Source of the DNA: Legionellaceae bacterium UBA2794
GTDB taxonomy: Bacteria; Pseudomonadota; Gammaproteobacteria; Legionellales; Legionellaceae
Direction of reading: 5' to 3'
DNA: 56,879 nt
Assembly (NCBI GenBank): GCA_002352055.1
Contig: DEHS01000088.1
Span: 23,151 to 80,029, forward strand
Both the position numbers and the translations under genes were made by a program. The notes below the pieces were generated by a model. The model made no database searches and was not told the origin of the DNA. It was given only the letters and a program-made list of their open reading frames with translations. How positions within the stretch are numbered: position 1 is the first letter of the stretch; each line of letters opens with the position of its first letter. Positions 43,276 through 53,120 of the stretch are shown in pieces.

Positions 43276-43839
43276 TTAAGAGTTTGGATAGTGAATAATA
43301 TCATGGAAGCGCACAATATTTGCGCTTGTATTTCGGTATCCATGCGTTTTGTTTGCTTCAAAACGCAGGCCTTCACCTTGATGTAGGCTTTGCCATGTAT
43401 TCTGAATTAAAATTTCCATAACACCCTCCAGCGCAATGACATGCTCAATGACGCCATGCTTATGAGGAGGAGATAAGTGTTCGCAACCCGGTAAAAGTTC
43501 AATCACAAAGAGTTCAAAATTTAATTGATTATCAAAAGGAAAAAGAGGCAAAACACGAATTTTTTCATCCTGTGGGTGGAGCTGTTGTGCTTGTCCTGCT
43601 CTATAGATGGGTTCATTGAACTGAGTTTGCAATTCTTCGATGAATGAAGAAAAAGAGGTTTGGAAACCACTGGCGATTTTCCATAAAGTAGCAATGGTTG
43701 GGCTTGATTCTTCTCGTTCGATTTGGCCTAACATCGCTTTACTTACTCCTGTAGCTGCTGCGGCTTTATCAAGACTCCAGTTACGTTCTTTGCGTAATTT
43801 TTTTAAAGTAAGAGCGATGTGTTTATATAAATGTTCCAT
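43276..43839 (-). CDS. XRE-family HTH regulator with C-terminal cupin domain
   Basis: LRKERNWSLDKAAAATGVSKAMLGQIERE..SPTIATLWKIA, plus cupin H.HGVIEHVIALEG. Confidence 0.85.
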   Translation of the reverse strand: MEHLYKHIALTLKKLRKERNWSLDKAAAATGVSKAMLGQIEREESSPTIATLWKIASGFQTSFSSFIEELQTQFNEPIYRAGQAQQLHPQDEKIRVLPLFPFDNQLNFELFVIELLPGCEHLSPPHKHGVIEHVIALEGVMEILIQNTWQSLHQGEGLRFEANKTHGYRNTSANIVRFHDIIHYPNS

Positions 43840-43929
43840 AAAAATACTTGTGCGTTATAGCATACAGTGATAATATCTCTATTATGCGTTAAAACGCACA
43901 AACTGTGAAGTAGTGGATAAGAGGTTATT

Positions 43930-44349
43930 ATGACAAATGAATTTAAGAACAAATTGGTGGCGGTCTTAAATAAAAGCATTGAACCGGGTAAAGCCATGAA
44001 TGCTTTGGCTCATATGTGTATTGGCTTAGGCTCTGCTATTGGTCAAGAGGAATTGCGACTCACGGACTATCGCGATGCGGATGGGCAATCACATCCTTTT
44101 ATTTCAGAAATTCCTTTTATTATTTTGGCCGACAATTCAAATAAGATTAGAAAACTACGCACAGAAGCCAAGGCACATAATATTTTATGCAATGATTTCA
44201 CTGATACGATGACCGTGGGAACTTATCAAGACCAAATTGAGCGAACCGCTCAGGTAAAGGAAGAAGATTTTATCTATTATGGGATTGTATTGTTCGGGGC
44301 TTGGGATAAAGTCAGCGAGTTAACGCGAAAATGTTCTCTTTGGAAATAA
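43930..44349 (+). CDS. DUF2000 family protein
   Basis: KLVAVLNKSIEPGKAMNALAHMCIGLG. Confidence 0.6.
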   Translation: MTNEFKNKLVAVLNKSIEPGKAMNALAHMCIGLGSAIGQEELRLTDYRDADGQSHPFISEIPFIILADNSNKIRKLRTEAKAHNILCNDFTDTMTVGTYQDQIERTAQVKEEDFIYYGIVLFGAWDKVSELTRKCSLWK

Positions 44350-44352
44350 CCC

Positions 44353-45042
44353 ATGAACAAGGTTTTTTGGGAAAATCCTTATCAGCGTTCTTTACTAACC
44401 TATGTGGTGTCAGTTGAAGGGCAACGTATTTTATTGAATGATACCATTGCTTTTTCTTTTTCAGGAGGACAAGAAAGCGATAAAGCTTGGATTATGGATT
44501 ATCCAGTTTTTGATTCTGAATTAGCCGGCCATCTTATTTATTATATGCTTCCTAAAGAGCATCAACTTGCTGTTGGCGATGAAGTGCTTATGACCATTGA
44601 CTGGCCACGTCGATACCGGCTGATGCGTTTGCATTTTGCTGCGGAATTAGTTCTTGAATTAGTGACGCGCAAATTAGCTGTGCAAAAAATTGGGGCACAT
44701 ATTGCTGAAGGAAAAGCTCGAATTGATTTCATGATGGAACAAAATATTTCGGCTATTTTTATTCCTTTAATAGCAGAATATGAGCATATCATCAAAGCAG
44801 ACCTGACTATTAAAACAGGATTTTCTGATGTGATGACACAAAGACGTTATTGGGAAATAGAAGGATTTTCAAGAGTGGCTTGTGGTGGTACTCATGTAAA
44901 ATCTACCGCAGAAATTGGATTCATCACCCTAAAAAGAGTTAATATTGGCGGTGGAAAAGAACGTATAGAAATAAAGCTAATTGATCCCGATTTAGGTTTA
45001 AAAGATGAAGACCAACTTAATAAACGAACACCGAATTCTTGA
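44353..45042 (+). CDS. AlaX-like aminoacyl-tRNA editing domain protein (tRNA_SAD)
   Basis: MRLHFAAELV (HxxxH-region equivalent) and CGGTHV zinc/editing motif. 3-nt gap after the DUF2000 gene. Confidence 0.7.
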   Translation: MNKVFWENPYQRSLLTYVVSVEGQRILLNDTIAFSFSGGQESDKAWIMDYPVFDSELAGHLIYYMLPKEHQLAVGDEVLMTIDWPRRYRLMRLHFAAELVLELVTRKLAVQKIGAHIAEGKARIDFMMEQNISAIFIPLIAEYEHIIKADLTIKTGFSDVMTQRRYWEIEGFSRVACGGTHVKSTAEIGFITLKRVNIGGGKERIEIKLIDPDLGLKDEDQLNKRTPNS

Positions 45043-46252
45043 TTCGAATCTTCTTGATACAATCACTCATATATTAAATAAGAAATTTGCTGCGGAGGTT
45101 ACAATAAGCTCCACGCAGTTTTTAAGTGAGCCTGAACGTAGAAATTGCCTAGTCAGACTATTTTTATCAAGTCAAACAAAAGAAATCCCTGCAAGTATTA
45201 TTTTAAAGCAATCTTTGCGAGAAGACACCGATGCTGATGATGAGGATGCTTATGCACGCTTTGCAAGAGATTGGGCGGGTCTTGAGTTTGCCTCAGAGAT
45301 TAAGCAAAACAAGCATAATGTCCCAAAATTTTTTGGTGGAGATAAAGAAAACCGATTTATCCTTATTGAAGATTTAGGCATGCAGCATGTGAGTTTAGTG
45401 GATTCATTGACCAGAGCCGATCGTAAAAATGCGATTGCCGCCTTAACCCGCTTTATGAAAGCTTTAGGCAGCTTTCATGCAGCAAGTTTTGGAAATACCG
45501 CGCTTTATGAACAAATTTTGCAATCAGTTCATCCTGAGGCGGAAACTATTGATGATGAGCTTAGCTTTGCATTTAATGATTTGTTGCCGAAACTCGATTT
45601 GGCAAATAAAAATTTAGGTTTAACTTTAACTAAAGAATGCATTGAAGAAGCTAAATCTTTAATTGAATATACAATAAAACCTGAGCTTTTTACTGTGCTG
45701 ACCCATGGGGATATTTGTCCTGATAATGTATTTGATCATGCAGACACTAAAGATTTGCAGCTTATTGATTTTGAATGGTGTGTGGTACGGAATCCATTGT
45801 TAGATGGGACTTATTTGCGAATGAGTATGCCAACCTGTTGGTGTGCTAAAGCAATTCCTACAGATGTCATTGAACATTTAGAATACATCTATAGAGAAGA
45901 ACTCAAACAAACTATTCCAGAAGCAGCTGATGACCAACAATATAATAAAGCGTATACCTATGCCTGTGGCTTTTGGCTTTTACAACAAACGATACCTTTC
46001 ATTAATTCAACTCGGGAGCAAGACAGGATTGGACCTTCAGGTCCTGTACCGAAGGATTCTTTCTGGAGTGATGAAGAGAATTGGGTTAGGCCCAGAGTTT
46101 TATCGAGGTTGCAAGCATTTATAGAGTGCAGCAGTGTTCATCAGCATTTACCCCACTTACAACAAATGGCTTTAGCAATGTTGACTGAATTAAAACAGTG
46201 TTGGCCTGAAACATCGTTTCTCAAATTTTATCCTGCATTTGGACAAGGGTAA
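45005..46252 (+). CDS. APH-fold kinase family protein
   Basis: LTHGDICPDNVF and LIDFEW. 38-nt overlap with the upstream gene. Confidence 0.65.
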   Translation: MKTNLINEHRILDSNLLDTITHILNKKFAAEVTISSTQFLSEPERRNCLVRLFLSSQTKEIPASIILKQSLREDTDADDEDAYARFARDWAGLEFASEIKQNKHNVPKFFGGDKENRFILIEDLGMQHVSLVDSLTRADRKNAIAALTRFMKALGSFHAASFGNTALYEQILQSVHPEAETIDDELSFAFNDLLPKLDLANKNLGLTLTKECIEEAKSLIEYTIKPELFTVLTHGDICPDNVFDHADTKDLQLIDFEWCVVRNPLLDGTYLRMSMPTCWCAKAIPTDVIEHLEYIYREELKQTIPEAADDQQYNKAYTYACGFWLLQQTIPFINSTREQDRIGPSGPVPKDSFWSDEENWVRPRVLSRLQAFIECSSVHQHLPHLQQMALAMLTELKQCWPETSFLKFYPAFGQG

Positions 46253-46281
46253 AACTTAAAACATCTTATAAAAATCCCCTG

Positions 46282-46755
46282 TTAAATGCTGTATTCAAAA
46301 ACAACAGGATATCGATTTGGCATCATAGGGGATTTTTTAACACCAATTTTGATACACCCCATTTTCTTATAGAATGACTCAGCTCCCGGGTCGCTCCACA
46401 AAGTAAATTTCTTAACGTCACAGAATTGTAGGTCTTCAATTAGACGATGCCACATTTTCTTACCAAATCCTTTACCAATGTATTCGGGATCAATAAAAAA
46501 ATTATCCAGTTCATGAAGACCCTCAGCATTTAAACCAAAACTATAAAATCCAATCATTTTATTGCATTGAGTTCCCGAAAATTCGCCCAAAAGCTTCACG
46601 GTATTTTTTTCAAGATAATCCGCTTTTATTTGAAATAATTGCATGAATTGATTCATAAATGCTTCATTGTATCCCCAATGGGCTTTTGAACGATGCATTA
46701 ATAAGTTGATTTCATCTAAGTCATCAGTACTAATTTTTATGCATTTTAAGATCAT
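46282..46755 (-). CDS. GNAT family N-acetyltransferase
   Basis: FFIDPEYIGKGFGKKMW, FYKKMG. Confidence 0.8.
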   Translation of the reverse strand: MILKCIKISTDDLDEINLLMHRSKAHWGYNEAFMNQFMQLFQIKADYLEKNTVKLLGEFSGTQCNKMIGFYSFGLNAEGLHELDNFFIDPEYIGKGFGKKMWHRLIEDLQFCDVKKFTLWSDPGAESFYKKMGCIKIGVKKSPMMPNRYPVVFEYSI

Positions 46756-46774
46756 GGAACACCTGCAATAATCA

Positions 46775-47353
46775 TTAAGGAGAAAGGGTCTGTTTTACAA
46801 AATTTGTTCCTTCCATCTGATATTCCCAAACATCAGATAATTCATCTAAACGATAAGTATAAAAAACAAAGCGTGTAGGTCTAATTGCAATACCGCAATA
46901 ATCAGGTGAATAAGGCAATTCATTGTTTTGAGTGAATTTTTCTATTTCCAATCGTTTTTCTTCCAATAATTGTTTGCTTACAATGGGCATAGCTGAAGTC
47001 GGTGCATAACTGCAAAATCGTATTTGTGCCCATTTAGGATAACTTGCCCAATATTCGATATTTTGTTTTTTACTTAAAAAATGTGCTTCGCCCTCAATAA
47101 TTACTTCTCGTGCACAACGTTCAAACCAAAACGTGAGGGATACTTTATTATTGTTTTTAATTTCCTCAACTTTGCGCGTTCTCTTTTGGGTAAAAAAGAT
47201 TAAGTTTTCTTCTGTAATTTCCCGAATTGCTACAACTCTGCCATGAGATGCACCATTTAATCCTTGTGATGACAATACCGCATACTGTACATGTTGCGCA
47301 CCCAGTGATTTTTCATCTGCGATCCAAGTAGTTAATAATTGGGTAGGAATCAT
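46775..47353 (-). CDS. pdxH: pyridoxamine 5'-phosphate oxidase family protein (PdxH-like)
   Basis: GRVVAIREI..NLIFFTQ..RKVEEI..N.KVSLTFWF...EVIIEGEA, with a C-terminal ...LSP ending. Confidence 0.65.
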   Translation of the reverse strand: MIPTQLLTTWIADEKSLGAQHVQYAVLSSQGLNGASHGRVVAIREITEENLIFFTQKRTRKVEEIKNNNKVSLTFWFERCAREVIIEGEAHFLSKKQNIEYWASYPKWAQIRFCSYAPTSAMPIVSKQLLEEKRLEIEKFTQNNELPYSPDYCGIAIRPTRFVFYTYRLDELSDVWEYQMEGTNFVKQTLSP

Positions 47354-47460
47354 GACATTACCTGTTCTAACGCCATCTTATCACCGGTCATAATATTCTT
47401 TAAATATACGGTTCGCTCAGTATTTGATACTGGAAATAAGTCGTCAGGATTAGGATGCAT
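47350..47460 (-). CDS. 36-aa small ORF translationally coupled to the pdxH-like gene
   Basis: Below the track cutoff. ATG at 47458-47460 with AAGGAA upstream. Its TGA stop overlaps the pdxH ATG (ATGA). MHPNPDDLFPVSNTERTVYLKNIMTGDKMALEQVMS. Confidence 0.3.
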   Translation of the reverse strand: MHPNPDDLFPVSNTERTVYLKNIMTGDKMALEQVMS

Positions 47461-47652
47461 TATTTAATTCCTTAATTAAAAATATCACCTGAGACCAGGG
47501 GATATAAAGCAAAATTTCTGGTTTTCCTTTCACGGAATATCAAACATTCAGTTCCACAAAGGCAACTTTGTAATTGATTAATCATTGAGTAGAACAATTT
47601 ATAAAAGTGATGTGAACAGTATACAATATGTTAAACGTTAAAGAAGACCAAT

Positions 47653-47892
47653 ATGAATGTAATCATCCTATTAATGGGCATCGCTGGCACGGGTAAAAAA
47701 ACCATTGGTGAGGCTATTGCAGCACAAAATCCTCAGTATAAATTAGCGCACCACAATGACTGGTGCGATCCCGTCTTAAAACTATTAGGCAACGATGCTT
47801 TGGTGTTTTGGTCTTTGGAAGAGAAGGGTTCTTTCTTGTTCGTGGTGCAGCGTATTTGTATTCTGAATATTAAGACGAAACGTAAAAATTAA
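47653..47892 (+). pseudogene. truncated P-loop kinase/ATPase (AAA_33-like) fragment
   Basis: Walker A LMGIAGTGKKT, but only 79 codons. There is no room for the rest before the convergent ABC gene. Confidence 0.35.
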
Positions 47893-47962
47893 GTTAGGCA
47901 TATTATGGAACAAGAAAGTGGTTCCTTGCTTCCATTAGCAGCGAGTCCAACTGGTCATTATT

Positions 47963-49741
47963 TTATTCTGCAAATAAAAATCCTCCCACTTGAGTTTTCC
48001 AAAGAGTTGCAAAAACTCCTCCCGGTTTTTTTGTTAACTGCTCTAGGCTGCCATACTCAATGATATTCCCATTATCAAGTACCACAATAGTATCCACTTC
48101 TTTTAAGGTTGAAAGTCGATGTGAAATAATCAATGTTGTTTTATCTTGCATTACTTCATGCAATGATTTTTGTATGGCTTGTTCAGTTTCAGTGTCTAAT
48201 GAAGAGGTTGCTTCATCAAGAATTAGAATTTTCGTATTTCTAAGGAATGCTCTAGCAATAGAAATGCGTTGTTTTTGTCCACCTGAGAGCTTTAAACCAC
48301 GCTCACCAACGAGAGTGTTATATTGTTCCGGCAAGTTCATAATAAACTCATGGCAATTTGCTTTTTTTGCTGCACTAATCACTTCATCTTTGGTTGCAGT
48401 ATCGTTAGCAAAGTGTATATTATCAAAAATACTTCGATGAAATAATTGTGTTTCCTGAGGAATAATTGTTATTTGTGAACGAAGAGATTTGAACTGAACT
48501 TCGCTTATCCTTTGTTTATCAATAACGATATTTCCTGAAGATGGTTCTACAAGACGCAGTAATAATTTCAAAAGTGTTGATTTACCACTGCCTGACTTAC
48601 CTACAAGCCCAATTTTTTCTCCTGCTGCAATAGATAGATTAAGTTGATTAAAAAGAAGTGCAGAATTAGGGTATGAGAAGTTTATGTTGTCAAAAATAAT
48701 TTCACCTTTTGAAACCTGTAATGGAGGGACGTTAGGTTTATCAATAATGGCATGCGGAATTTTAATGAAGCTTAATGCATCATTGCATGCACCTATAAGT
48801 TGATGTACTTTCAAAATTTGCTGTCCTAATCCGAATATCATCATCAAACATGAGAGTGCGATACTAAGTACTAGAGCAAAATCACCTGCATGAATAGAAT
48901 GTTTTTGAGCGCCATAAATTAGGGCACACACAAAAGCTGATGTTAATGCAGTTACTAAACAGCCCTGGTAAAAAAACACTTTAATCGTTTGGCATTGTAT
49001 TTTTTTCTCAGACTTTGCTACTTCAGTTACTGCTTTCTGAATCGTTTTAGATTCTTTGGTACTACCTGAAAATAATATTGTGCTAGAAATATTGCTAATA
49101 GAATCAGACAGGTAACCGCTTAATTTTGTTTTGGCACTTGCTAGTTCTGCTGAGGAGGTCTGCGTTGTATCCGCAGTAATAAATGAGATACTTACAAATA
49201 GGATTGCCCATGTAAAGAGAATGAATGCATAAATACTACCCACAAATACATACAGAGTTAGCACAGCAATTAAAATTCCCAGAACAGAGCTATAGATCCA
49301 GGTTGAAGCGATTTTAAGTAACTCCTCAATACTTTCAGAAATGTCTATTATTTTTTTGGTTAATGTACCAGAGAAATTACTTTCAAAAAATTCATAGGAA
49401 TGACCTAATAAGTACTCAAACATATCTTTTTTAATGTCCGATTTCATTGAGGGGTATAAACACGCCTCAAAATACTCTTTTAATCTAACAGCAATGTTAG
49501 TTATCATTGGCATGATTGCATAAAATATGGCAGGCCAGATAATAAGCGATAAAAACTGTTTACTTGAATTATAATTACTCACAATAGAAACCATTTTCCC
49601 TAATAAATAGGGAGAGATGGAGCCTTCTAATGCAAAAATTGTAATCATCGCAAGTACACCAATCATAAGACGTTTATTTTTCTTTAGATAACGCCATATA
49701 AAATGGCTTAATGTTGATGGGATCTCTGGGTTATAATTCAT
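47963..49741 (-). CDS. ABC exporter, fused permease + ATPase (MsbA-like half-transporter)
   Basis: Six N-terminal TM segments. GKSGSGKST, LSGGQKQR, ILILDEATS. Confidence 0.9.
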   Translation of the reverse strand: MNYNPEIPSTLSHFIWRYLKKNKRLMIGVLAMITIFALEGSISPYLLGKMVSIVSNYNSSKQFLSLIIWPAIFYAIMPMITNIAVRLKEYFEACLYPSMKSDIKKDMFEYLLGHSYEFFESNFSGTLTKKIIDISESIEELLKIASTWIYSSVLGILIAVLTLYVFVGSIYAFILFTWAILFVSISFITADTTQTSSAELASAKTKLSGYLSDSISNISSTILFSGSTKESKTIQKAVTEVAKSEKKIQCQTIKVFFYQGCLVTALTSAFVCALIYGAQKHSIHAGDFALVLSIALSCLMMIFGLGQQILKVHQLIGACNDALSFIKIPHAIIDKPNVPPLQVSKGEIIFDNINFSYPNSALLFNQLNLSIAAGEKIGLVGKSGSGKSTLLKLLLRLVEPSSGNIVIDKQRISEVQFKSLRSQITIIPQETQLFHRSIFDNIHFANDTATKDEVISAAKKANCHEFIMNLPEQYNTLVGERGLKLSGGQKQRISIARAFLRNTKILILDEATSSLDTETEQAIQKSLHEVMQDKTTLIISHRLSTLKEVDTIVVLDNGNIIEYGSLEQLTKKPGGVFATLWKTQVGGFLFAE

Positions 49742-49786
49742 CTAATGGGCCTTGTAATGGAGGATATTTATCATCCAAAAATTTCA

Positions 49787-50320
49787 CTAATCACCCAGGT
49801 GATTAATAATAAATTGTACGCGTTCTTCAGGTGACACATAAGGAATATCTATCAGAGAATAACCAAAATCTCGATAAATTGCGCGTACTTCATCGCCAAA
49901 TGTTTTTGCAGCTTCAAATGACATGGTCCGTTCATCATCGGTTGTATAGATTTCTTCCCATGCAGGAAAAACAAATACATAGGGATGGTATCGATACAGT
50001 TTTGCAGCAAGATGCGCGGGATGATAATCTAAGTTAAATAATTGAGCATAAGCAATATTGTCTGGAACACCCCTATCATAAATAATAATCCCACCCATTT
50101 TTTGCATGAGCTTATATTGATACATCGCACGTGATAAAAGTAATTGAGTGAAAAGCTTCGGATTTTTTTCAGGAACACCTTCATCTTCAATACTACGCTG
50201 CTCTGCAAGGATAGGTCTCGCTGGTTCTTCAACTGTTATATATCCTTTTTGTTTTAGTAAATTTAAGACAGTTGATTTTCCACTTCCCATAGCACCCGTT
50301 AAAATAATATGCTTAGTCAT
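49787..50320 (-). CDS. AAA_28-type P-loop ATPase
   Basis: ILTGAMGSGKST, YDRGVPD. Paralogue of 26572-27132. Confidence 0.65.
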   Translation of the reverse strand: MTKHIILTGAMGSGKSTVLNLLKQKGYITVEEPARPILAEQRSIEDEGVPEKNPKLFTQLLLSRAMYQYKLMQKMGGIIIYDRGVPDNIAYAQLFNLDYHPAHLAAKLYRYHPYVFVFPAWEEIYTTDDERTMSFEAAKTFGDEVRAIYRDFGYSLIDIPYVSPEERVQFIINHLGD

Positions 50321-50335
50321 TGAGTAGCCTCTATG

Positions 50336-50845
50336 TTAATTTTCCATAATAGATTTTTGTTGTTGCGAAGGAAAAACTATATTTTTAATCACTAAGAGGA
50401 ACATTCCGATACAAATAGCAGCATCTGCAATGTTAAAAGTTGCAAAGTACCAATCAGACACATGACATTGTATAAAATCTGTTACTTGTCCCCAGTGGAC
50501 TCTATCATAAAAATTACCCAAAGCTCCGCCAATAACCATAGATAAGGCAATACTAATTGTTCGCTCCTTGTAGGAAATACGATATAAATACAATAACATT
50601 CCAACAACTAAAAAAATGGCGAAGCTACCAAACAACCATGTTTGCCACCCAGCATCAGAATTTAATATTCCAAACGCAATCCCTTTATTATAAGACAACG
50701 TTAAATTCAGGAAGGGAGACAGAGACAGGGGAATATGCAAAAGTAACTGTTTTTTAGCAAAAAATTTTGTTATGTAATCTAACGTAACAATCACAACAGA
50801 GACCCATATCCACACGAGTCCATTTTTATTTCCAATCTGGTTCAT
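50336..50845 (-). CDS. lspA: lipoprotein signal peptidase II
   Basis: Four TM segments. YNKGIAFG, FYDRV, FNIADAAICIG. Confidence 0.85.
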   Translation of the reverse strand: MNQIGNKNGLVWIWVSVVIVTLDYITKFFAKKQLLLHIPLSLSPFLNLTLSYNKGIAFGILNSDAGWQTWLFGSFAIFLVVGMLLYLYRISYKERTISIALSMVIGGALGNFYDRVHWGQVTDFIQCHVSDWYFATFNIADAAICIGMFLLVIKNIVFPSQQQKSIMEN

Positions 50846-50896
50846 TTTTTATTTATCCTCCACAAATCTTCTTTTTTGAGAGCTTAATACACAGCA

Positions 50897-51346
50897 TTAT
50901 TGTAGATCCTGTTGCTTTTGAATATCTTTTTTCAAATTATCACTGTATTTCTCAGTAGGAAGCTCTGAGGCAAATTCTATTAGGTTACCCTCTGGGTCAC
51001 GTAGATGTGCAACACGAATGCCCCAATCAGGTTGATCTGTTGGAGGAGTAATAAAGTCCACATTTTTTTTGCTCAAGTCATAATAAACTTCATCTACATT
51101 ATTTGTAGTAAAGACTAAAGTCACATTATCTTGAGTGTCCAATTTTTCGGGCAGATGGTTTGTGCCTAGTATCTGAGACATAATATTTTTCGAAAAAATA
51201 GCGAGGGCTGTTGAGTCACTTGGTTGAAATTGTGCATAATTTTCCCCTAAATTACCCCATGTTACTTTGAAGTTGAGTATATCGCGATAAAACAAAAACG
51301 TTTCATCGAACTTTGAAACCAATAGTCGAATATTATTTAATATCAT
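50897..51346 (-). CDS. VOC (glyoxalase/bleomycin-resistance) family protein
   Basis: FYRDILNF, VAHLRDPEGNLIEF. Confidence 0.7.
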   Translation of the reverse strand: MILNNIRLLVSKFDETFLFYRDILNFKVTWGNLGENYAQFQPSDSTALAIFSKNIMSQILGTNHLPEKLDTQDNVTLVFTTNNVDEVYYDLSKKNVDFITPPTDQPDWGIRVAHLRDPEGNLIEFASELPTEKYSDNLKKDIQKQQDLQ

Positions 51347-51429
51347 AAAGAGTCTCTCGAGTTAATTTTTTGTGTAAAAGGCATGAAAGTTATTTCTTAT
51401 GGTGTTTTTGATTTTCTCTAGGCACCAGT

Positions 51430-52035
51430 TTACCAAGTCACTTTTAAATCAGGAAGATCAGCTAAGTTATATCTAGCATAAAGCAAGGTATCGCTCACTT
51501 CATTTGTGATTGGTTTTATACGATGAAATTTAAGTGTTGCTTCTAAAGAGTATCCTAATCGTTCTGGAATTTTTTTACTTTTGATGTTATCGATATCACA
51601 CGTTATAGCAATACGCTTAGCATTGAGTACTTTAAACGCATATTGTGTAATAGCATTGACTGCTTCGGTCATAAGGCCGCAACCTGCATATTTATTTCTA
51701 ATCCAGTATCCAATTTCGACACTCGGTATATCCCAGTCAATATTATGATAGCCAGTTGCACCAATTAGATCGTATGAATTTTTTTCTAAGATAAGTAACA
51801 TTAACTCTGGATCAGTCTTCGGTTTTAAAATCCAGTGCGCAGCTTCCCTTCTTACAACTTCTTCTGAATCTTCTAAAGAAGGCTTTTCACTTGCCCATGG
51901 CATATACAATTTTAAAGTATCAAACGATTCAATCACAGCAGCATTTAACATACTGCCGTCGCCTATTTTTGGTGGTCGTATTAATAATCTCGGTGTGGTT
52001 ATTGGCATGGGAAGATCTAATAGAATAGGTTTCAT
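51430..52035 (-). CDS. GNAT (RimJ/RimL-type) N-acetyltransferase
   Basis: TPRLLIRPP, IGYWIRNKYAGCGLMTEA, RIAITCDIDNIKSKKIPERLGY. Confidence 0.8.
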   Translation of the reverse strand: MKPILLDLPMPITTPRLLIRPPKIGDGSMLNAAVIESFDTLKLYMPWASEKPSLEDSEEVVRREAAHWILKPKTDPELMLLILEKNSYDLIGATGYHNIDWDIPSVEIGYWIRNKYAGCGLMTEAVNAITQYAFKVLNAKRIAITCDIDNIKSKKIPERLGYSLEATLKFHRIKPITNEVSDTLLYARYNLADLPDLKVTW

Positions 52036-52086
52036 ACGATTATTTCCTAGATGAGGCTATGGAATATTTGTCCTTAATTTAGAGAC

Positions 52087-52503
52087 TTATTTCAATCTTT
52101 TCCTTAGAAAAATGCGTGTATGTCCTAAAATATAATTTTTAAATTCACATATGCGTTCGTATCCATACTTCAAGTAAAATTCTTCAGCTTGAAAATCCAT
52201 AGTATTAACAGTAGAAAAAGCACATCCATATTTTATTGCCTCTTCTTCCGCTGTGGTTAATAGTTTTTCCCCATGGCCTTGTCTACGGAGTGCTTCATCT
52301 ACCCATACTATATCAATATGAATTGAGTCAGATTGCAGATAAGCTATTACACCACCGCGAATCGCATTAGTTTCATCTTTTAAAAAAATAGAAAGAGGAG
52401 CTACCTTTTCTCCAAAAATTTTTTCATTAAAAGTCATCAGTGCATTACTCAAAATCTGATTGTCTGATTCACTGGGGTTAAAATCACTTACTAGTTTGTA
52501 CAT
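52087..52503 (-). CDS. GNAT family N-acetyltransferase
   Basis: VWVDEALRRQGHGEKLL, FYLKYGY. Confidence 0.8.
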   Translation of the reverse strand: MYKLVSDFNPSESDNQILSNALMTFNEKIFGEKVAPLSIFLKDETNAIRGGVIAYLQSDSIHIDIVWVDEALRRQGHGEKLLTTAEEEAIKYGCAFSTVNTMDFQAEEFYLKYGYERICEFKNYILGHTRIFLRKRLK

Positions 52504-52546
52504 TGTTTTAAAAATCTCAAAAATGGGTTAATGATATTAACCCTGA

Positions 52547-53086
52547 TTAATTTTTATTTTTAATTCTATATAAAATATGTTTTGAAAGACTGTGACCAGG
52601 AGGCAAATGAGGATGATCAAAATCACCACTTAAGTCACGTATCATCCCAATCTTTTCCATTACTCGAATAGAGCGACTATTCATTGGCACGGTAAAGGAA
52701 ACTATTTCTTTAAGACCACATTGATTAAATCCATAGTCTAAGCATGCTTTTGCACCTTCTGTAGCATATCCTTTATTCCAGTACTCTGTACCCAGTCGCC
52801 ATTCAACTTCTACTGCTTTACCAAAGGGTGGGTTCCATTTTATTGGATCTAACCCAATGTACCCCATTAACTTACCACTTAATTTTTCTTGAGCAGCCCA
52901 AACCGTATAACCAATTTCTTCAAATTGTTTATTCACAAAAGAAATAAAATCATTTACCTCTTTCATCGTGAGCGATCCTTTTAAGAATTCAATCACTTTA
53001 GGGTCTTGGTTGATGCGATAATATTCATCAGCGTCTTCATTTTCCCATGTGCGCAATATCAATCGCTCCGTTTCAATTACTTTCAT
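52547..53086 (-). CDS. GNAT (Acetyltransf_3) N-acetyltransferase
   Basis: TERLILRTW, VEWRLGTEYWNKGYATEGA, NSRSIRVMEKIGM. Confidence 0.8.
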   Translation of the reverse strand: MKVIETERLILRTWENEDADEYYRINQDPKVIEFLKGSLTMKEVNDFISFVNKQFEEIGYTVWAAQEKLSGKLMGYIGLDPIKWNPPFGKAVEVEWRLGTEYWNKGYATEGAKACLDYGFNQCGLKEIVSFTVPMNSRSIRVMEKIGMIRDLSGDFDHPHLPPGHSLSKHILYRIKNKN

Positions 53087-53120
53087 AAATCACCTATATC
53101 TGAATTGATTAAATTGTCTT

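Noticed and set aside
47893-47962. Searched the frames after the truncated P-loop kinase (47653-47892) for a frameshifted continuation.
   Set aside because: All three frames stop within about 20 codons and the convergent ABC gene begins at 47963. It is therefore a deletion remnant, not a simple frameshift.
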